A DNA stretch of 64,000 nucleotides, taken from the IMG/VR virus record IMGVR_UViG_3300028553_000005, positions 62,001 through 126,000 of that record, one strand, 5' to 3'. Shown piece after piece: positions 59,278-64,000 of this stretch. The stretch's first letter is position 1; each line of letters begins with the position of its first letter. This DNA comes from an uncultured virus (IMG/VR IMGVR_UViG_3300028553_000005). Its lineage: Duplodnaviria > Heunggongvirae > Uroviricota > Caudoviricetes. A program made the position numbers and the translations under genes. Below the pieces are notes generated by a model. That model was not told the DNA's origin. It did no database searches and saw only the letters and a list, made by a program, of their open reading frames with translations.

Positions 59278-60162
59278 ATGGCCATTTTCGATAACCTATT
59301 TGGTAATATCGGCCTTTTTGGTAACGAACCAGGTACCAGCGGTAGCATCAGTGACTTTAAATCGAGCTTTGTCACCGATGTGGCAAGACCTAATAAATTT
59401 GATGTAGAAATACCTGTACCCATTACATTGATACCTTTTAGAGGTATGTCAAGAATATTAAAGATGCGTTGTGAGAATGCAGAACTGCCTAGCAGAACAT
59501 TTGCTACAGCAGACAGAAAAATAGGATCAAATCCTGTTGAAAAGTTTCCGTATCAGCCAACATACAATGATACAACATTAACTTTTATTGTTAGTGATGA
59601 TATGAATGAAAGAATATTCTTTGATACATGGCAAGAATTTATAAATCCAACGTATTCTTTTAATTTTACATATAAAACAGATTATGTTTCAAATATTACA
59701 ATAAATCAATATGATGTAGAAAATGATAAAAGTTATTCTGTAACATTGATTGATGCTTATCCAATTTCTGTCAATCAATTAGACTTAGATTGGTCTGCTG
59801 ATGGTCACCACAAATTAACAGTAGTATTTGCCTATTCTTACTGGATGAATAATTCAGTACAAGCACTAGGCACTTCTTTATTGTTAAGTGTTATATCAAG
59901 AATCACTGCTGCTTTGGGTGGCATTGGTTCACTTGGCACATTTGGTGATGAAGCAGATTTAAGTAATCCATTTACAACAATTGGAAATGACAACACCGGT
60001 CGAAGCGGTTATGATGGTTATGATGATTCAGGATCATCATGGTTTGGTGGAACGGACGATTATGTATCGGAAGAAGCACCATATCCTTTAGAATATGAAT
60101 CTGGCCAAGATTATTATGAAGAAACTGGACCATTTCAATATTCTGAATGGGATGGTTATTAA
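59278..60162 (+). CDS. gp54/gp19-family tail tube initiator with acidic C-terminal tail
   Basis: ARPNKFDV, CENAELPSRT, DAYPISVNQLDLDW, HKLTVVFAY. Confidence 0.82.
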   Translation: MAIFDNLFGNIGLFGNEPGTSGSISDFKSSFVTDVARPNKFDVEIPVPITLIPFRGMSRILKMRCENAELPSRTFATADRKIGSNPVEKFPYQPTYNDTTLTFIVSDDMNERIFFDTWQEFINPTYSFNFTYKTDYVSNITINQYDVENDKSYSVTLIDAYPISVNQLDLDWSADGHHKLTVVFAYSYWMNNSVQALGTSLLLSVISRITAALGGIGSLGTFGDEADLSNPFTTIGNDNTGRSGYDGYDDSGSSWFGGTDDYVSEEAPYPLEYESGQDYYEETGPFQYSEWDGY

Positions 60163-60188
60163 TATTTTTTTAGAGGAGTGATAATAAA

Positions 60189-60914
60189 ATGGCTTTACCA
60201 AAAATTGATGCACCAGTATATGAAATAGATTTACCTTTATCGAAGAAACATATTCGATTTAGGCCGTTTCTTGTAAAAGAACAAAGAAACTTAATGATGG
60301 CAATGGAGTCAGATGATAAAGAAACAATTGAAAAAAACATCAGGCAAGTTTTACACAATTGTACTTTGACACCCAATGTTGACATTGATTCATTACCTAT
60401 TATTGATGTTGAATTTTACTTTATTAATTTGAGAGCACGTTCGGTTGGTGAAGTAATTGAAACCAAATATCGTTGTGAAAATGAAGTTAATGACAAACCT
60501 TGTGGTAATTTGATGGACACATCTGTTAATCTTCTTGACATCAAAGTTGAATTTAAAGAAGATGCTAAAGATATTGTTCAATTAACCGACATAATTGCCA
60601 TTAAGTTAAAGTATCCAGAATTTTCTATGTTAGAAAGAGCAACAAAGTTTAGTAGTGCCACAGACATGGCATTTCAAATGATTGTTGAGAGTATAGAATA
60701 TATTTTTGATGGTGAACAATATTATTATTCAAAAGAAACTGATCCAGCAGAATTGATAGAATTTGTTGAGTCTTTAAATCAAGATCAATTTGCAAAGATT
60801 GAAAACTTTTTTAATAACCTACCAACAATGAATAAGGTTATTAATACTACTTGTGGTAAGTGTGGATACAACCACACGATAGAGGTGGAAGGGTTAGACA
60901 ATTTTTTCGGTTAA
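60189..60914 (+). CDS. gp26: T4 gp26-like baseplate hub assembly protein
   Basis: MALPKI..P.Y, FRPFLVKE, FINLRARSVGE, C-terminal CGKC...EGLDNFF. Confidence 0.9.
   Translation: MALPKIDAPVYEIDLPLSKKHIRFRPFLVKEQRNLMMAMESDDKETIEKNIRQVLHNCTLTPNVDIDSLPIIDVEFYFINLRARSVGEVIETKYRCENEVNDKPCGNLMDTSVNLLDIKVEFKEDAKDIVQLTDIIAIKLKYPEFSMLERATKFSSATDMAFQMIVESIEYIFDGEQYYYSKETDPAELIEFVESLNQDQFAKIENFFNNLPTMNKVINTTCGKCGYNHTIEVEGLDNFFG
60902..60908 (+). other. Candidate -1 ribosomal frameshift heptamer T-TTT-TTC
   Basis: In-frame XXXYYYZ just before the gp26 stop; -1 frame is open to 61096. Confidence 0.6.
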
Positions 60915-61096
60915 CATTTCGTCATGACAATTTAAGAAATTATTATAAAACAAACTTTTCCTTGATGCAACATCACAAGTATAGTTTGACTGAACTTGAA
61001 AATATGATACCTTGGGAACGTGATATTTACGTTAATATGCTTATACAATTCATTGAAGAAGAAAACGAAAAGATAAAGCAAAGACAAGGTAAATGA
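60902..61096 (+). CDS. gp51: gp51-like baseplate hub assembly catalyst (probably made as a frameshift extension of gp26)
   Basis: YYKTNFSLMQHHKYSLTELENMIPWERDIYV; start uncertain. Confidence 0.8.
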   Translation, partial: FFRLTFRHDNLRNYYKTNFSLMQHHKYSLTELENMIPWERDIYVNMLIQFIEEENEKIKQRQGK

Positions 61097-62796
61097 TAAG
61101 CAAATACGAACAAGCAGCGACAACCAGAAAACGAGGAGTCTTAGGTACTATTACCGATAGATTAGTCGCTGGCCAAGGATTTGGTCAATCCATTGGTGGA
61201 GGCGTATCTGAATCATTCAAAGCAAAAACTACAGGTTTAAAAGAAAAATTTGATCCGTTAAACATTGCAAAGATATTAACGGGTAATCTTGGTATGGCTT
61301 TCTTAGGTAAGATAACAGGTAGAAAACCTGAAGATATGCAATACTTCTTCAATAAAAATAGAAAAAAAGGTGAGAAACCTTATTCTTTTACACAACCACA
61401 AGAAACTAAAGTTGGCAATGTAGAAACTGCCTTTTATAGTAAAATTAGAGAAGGTCAAAGAGGTTCATTACAAAAAGGTGATAATGTGGCTACTGTAGCC
61501 GCTCGTTTGGTTAATGTCATGAAAACCTTTTATGAAAAAGAAAATTTAAATCGTGAGTTAGACTATAATTTTGAAGAAGAAGTTCAAGCAGAAGATGCCA
61601 AACGGCATGAAAATTTAATTAATGAAATTAAAAAATTAAAAGATAAAAAACCAGCAAAAACGGATATTGAAAAAGTCAAAAAAGATTTAAAAATTGAAGA
61701 GCCGCCTACAAAAAAACCTGAAGAATCAAAGAAACCAGAAACACCTGCATCCACAGTTACATCACCTACTGTTGCAACCACCTCTGCAGCCGCACCAGTA
61801 GTAACTACTGTTGTTAGTAAAGCCGTTACTAAAGCCAAAGATATTCCAGGTGTGGCCACGGTTGTTAGTAAAGCAGAAAAAATTATACAACCAACAAAGA
61901 CTGTACCAAAAATAACAAAAGAAATAGATAAGCCAGTCGCTGGTGTGGTTGAAGCTGCCAAAGCAACTAAAATTCCAACACCTTCTGTAGGAGGTGCGGC
62001 GGCCATTGGTGGTACTGCCGCAGTGGTCGCTGGTATAGGATCGGCTTTGGCTGAAGTTGGTATAACAAATGAGTATGCACAAAAAGCTATTTTAGGTAAT
62101 GTTGGTAAAGAATCAGGATTTACTGCAAAATATGAAACTGGTTATGCCAATACTTCAAACGATAGAATCCGTAAAATATTTGGCAGTAGAGTTGCAGGTC
62201 TTACAGATGACCAACTAAATGAAATTAAAAAAGATGATTCTAAATTTTTTGAAACAGTTTACGGTTATCAGACTGCCAAAGGTCAAGAGTTAGGTAATAA
62301 AGAACCAGGTGATGGATTTAAATATCGTGGCCGTGGTCTGATTCAATTGACAGGAAAAGATAACTATAACAGAATTGGTAAACAAATTGGTGCCGATTTA
62401 GTTTCCAATCCAGACTTAGTAAATGATTCAGTATTGGCACCAAAAATTGTTGCAGCTTTTGTTAAAAATAAATTAGGTAGTAGAGTAAATTCATTTAAGA
62501 GCCAATCAGAAGCGAATAACGAAATAACTAAAGCAATCGTTGGTGCCAGTGTAGATTTAACAAGAGGGTTTGGTGCTGAACAAATGGCCAAAGTTGAAGC
62601 CTTCACCAGTTCACCTTCTGGTGAGGCTGTATATGCTATGTCGAAACAAAATCAAGAATTAAAAGAACAAGTACCTGTAACAAATATAGCAGTAAACAAT
62701 ACCAAAACAATCATTAATGCTGGTGGTGGTCAATCCAGACAAATTATAAGTACAGCACAGATTGACGATTATCCAGTTTTAGAAACAACAATATAA
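61093..62796 (+). CDS. Tape-measure/ejection-like protein with GH19 (lysozyme-superfamily) domain
   Basis: GNVGKESGF...LGNKEPGDGFKYRGRGLIQLTGKDNY; follows gp26/gp51. Confidence 0.75.
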   Translation: MISKYEQAATTRKRGVLGTITDRLVAGQGFGQSIGGGVSESFKAKTTGLKEKFDPLNIAKILTGNLGMAFLGKITGRKPEDMQYFFNKNRKKGEKPYSFTQPQETKVGNVETAFYSKIREGQRGSLQKGDNVATVAARLVNVMKTFYEKENLNRELDYNFEEEVQAEDAKRHENLINEIKKLKDKKPAKTDIEKVKKDLKIEEPPTKKPEESKKPETPASTVTSPTVATTSAAAPVVTTVVSKAVTKAKDIPGVATVVSKAEKIIQPTKTVPKITKEIDKPVAGVVEAAKATKIPTPSVGGAAAIGGTAAVVAGIGSALAEVGITNEYAQKAILGNVGKESGFTAKYETGYANTSNDRIRKIFGSRVAGLTDDQLNEIKKDDSKFFETVYGYQTAKGQELGNKEPGDGFKYRGRGLIQLTGKDNYNRIGKQIGADLVSNPDLVNDSVLAPKIVAAFVKNKLGSRVNSFKSQSEANNEITKAIVGASVDLTRGFGAEQMAKVEAFTSSPSGEAVYAMSKQNQELKEQVPVTNIAVNNTKTIINAGGGQSRQIISTAQIDDYPVLETTI

Positions 62797-63173
62797 AAAA
62801 TGGTTATAATAAAAACATTAGGTCAAGATACTTTCTCATGGAACCCTAACGCCTTTAATAAGAAAGGCCATTGGTTTCTTTTAGCTGAAACCGGCAGTTA
62901 TATTCGTGCGGCTACAAAAGAAGAAATGGGTAAATTAGGTAAACCAAAAAAACAAGATGAAGCTTCTATTACGGACACAACAGAAAAGAAAATGTCGTAT
63001 AAACAGGCATCACAGATTAGAAAGAAATCATTAAAAGATTTGATTACAGAAAAATTGGTAGAAGATAAAGGTGTATTAACTTCCATCAAATCAGGCATTT
63101 CAGAAAAAATGCAAGCACGTTCAACCGGTCTAAAAGAAAAATTTGATCCGTTAAACATTGCAAAGATATTAAC
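61238..63173 (+). repeat. 43-bp identical repeat shared by the two paralogous tape-measure-like genes
   Basis: taaaagaaaaatttgatccgttaaacattgcaaagatattaac at 61238-61280 and 63131-63173. Confidence 0.9.
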
Positions 63174-64000
63174 TGGAAAATTAGGCTCTGCTTTATTAGG
63201 TCGAATGACTGGAAGAAGTAAAGAAGATATTAGTTATTTTGCTGGCGACAAGAAAGCAAAAGAAACCAAACCAAAGCCAGCATATATCAATGAAAAATTA
63301 AACAAATCCGATGTAGGTTTGTATTCTGCCATTTCAGAAGGCAATACACAATCTATGAAAAAAGGTGACGGTATTGCTACTATATTAGCAAGAATGTATA
63401 ATTTAATTAAAGCCGAACAAATTAATTCTTTAAAAAGATATCAAATAGAAAAAAGTTTTAAGAAAATACGTGAAAAAGAAAAAGAAAAACGTAACAAAGA
63501 ATTGATTAATGCGATAAAATCTTTAGGATCTTTTGCTGTAGTAAAAACTGAAGCAAAAAAAGAAGAAAGTGGTGGCCTATTCGATTTCATCAAAGGGTTA
63601 ATTGAAACTGCAAAAAATATGTTGCTTGGAGTTATATCCAGCATATGGAGTGGATTGTGGAGTGTAATTGGACCTTTAATGACCTTAATTGGTGAAATTG
63701 GAGGAGTATTAGGATTAAAAAGCCTTTTAGATAGATTAAGAGGCATTAAAACTCCAACTATTCCGTCAGAACCAAAACCAGGAACTGCTGAGCCTAAACC
63801 AGCAGAACCTAAGCCAGCTGAACCAAAGCCAGCAGAACAAAAACCTGGAGAAAAACCAGCAGAAGGTGAAAAGAAAACAGGAGAAAAACCCAATAAGACT
63901 GCTGAGAAGGCAACCAAAAAAGGTAAAGAGAAATACGAAGAAGAAAAGAAAGCTACGAAAGTAGAAAAGGTTGAAGAAAAACCTAAAGCAACAAAGATGT
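62800..64000 (+). CDS. Second tape-measure-like protein, paralogue of 61093..62796 (partial, runs off window end)
   Basis: Not in ORF track. Manual translation MVIIKTLGQDTFSWNP...TGLKEKFDPLNIAKILTG...MLLGVISSIWSGLWSVIGPLM...AEPKP repeats. Confidence 0.75.
   Translation, partial: MVIIKTLGQDTFSWNPNAFNKKGHWFLLAETGSYIRAATKEEMGKLGKPKKQDEASITDTTEKKMSYKQASQIRKKSLKDLITEKLVEDKGVLTSIKSGISEKMQARSTGLKEKFDPLNIAKILTGKLGSALLGRMTGRSKEDISYFAGDKKAKETKPKPAYINEKLNKSDVGLYSAISEGNTQSMKKGDGIATILARMYNLIKAEQINSLKRYQIEKSFKKIREKEKEKRNKELINAIKSLGSFAVVKTEAKKEESGGLFDFIKGLIETAKNMLLGVISSIWSGLWSVIGPLMTLIGEIGGVLGLKSLLDRLRGIKTPTIPSEPKPGTAEPKPAEPKPAEPKPAEQKPGEKPAEGEKKTGEKPNKTAEKATKKGKEKYEEEKKATKVEKVEEKPKATKM
63787..63846 (+). 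repeat. Degenerate 15-bp coding tandem repeat (AEPKP x3 + AEQKP)
   Basis: gctgagcctaaacca gcagaacctaagcca gctgaaccaaagcca gcagaacaaaaacct. Confidence 0.8.

Noticed and set aside
60170..63917. Minus-strand ORFs over gp26 and the tape-measure-like genes
   Set aside because: Antisense shadows; the plus-strand frames carry the recognisable proteins
1..64000. Stop-codon reassignment
   Set aside because: Core genes are full length in the standard code and TAA, TAG and TGA all end genes; the gp5 parts each have their own start
1..64000. tRNA, rRNA, introns or inteins
   Set aside because: Intergenic gaps are short with no cloverleaf seen; no intein or intron signatures noticed by eye

Overview
This AT-rich window is the virion-morphogenesis region of a large T4-like myovirus; the host cannot be determined from the sequence. 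The minus strand carries neck and tail-completion genes (gp15, gp14, gp13), about 34 kb of accessory fibre/adhesin genes, and baseplate genes (DUF4815-like protein, gp8, gp7-like, gp6, gp25, split gp5, gp27-like hub, gp53, gp48). The plus strand carries gp4, gp2, gp54, gp26, gp51 and two paralogous tape-measure-like genes. Main points of interest: (1) a cassette inside the fibre region, bounded by its own promoter and terminator, encoding a sulfotransferase-TPR-glycosyltransferase fusion, two more glycosyltransferases, a methyltransferase, UDP-galactopyranose mutase and an APS-kinase/HIGH-nucleotidyltransferase fusion, which together suggest a phage sulfated-glycan pathway; (2) recurring C-terminal/N-terminal motif pairings that suggest a modular, branched fibre tree ending in five RCC1-like propellers; (3) a collagen-like gene with Y-position prolines next to a prolyl-hydroxylase-like gene; (4) a probable -1 frameshift joining gp26 and gp51. 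All product calls come from motif recognition and gene order; no searches were run. No tRNA, rRNA, CRISPR array, integrase or reverse transcriptase was seen.
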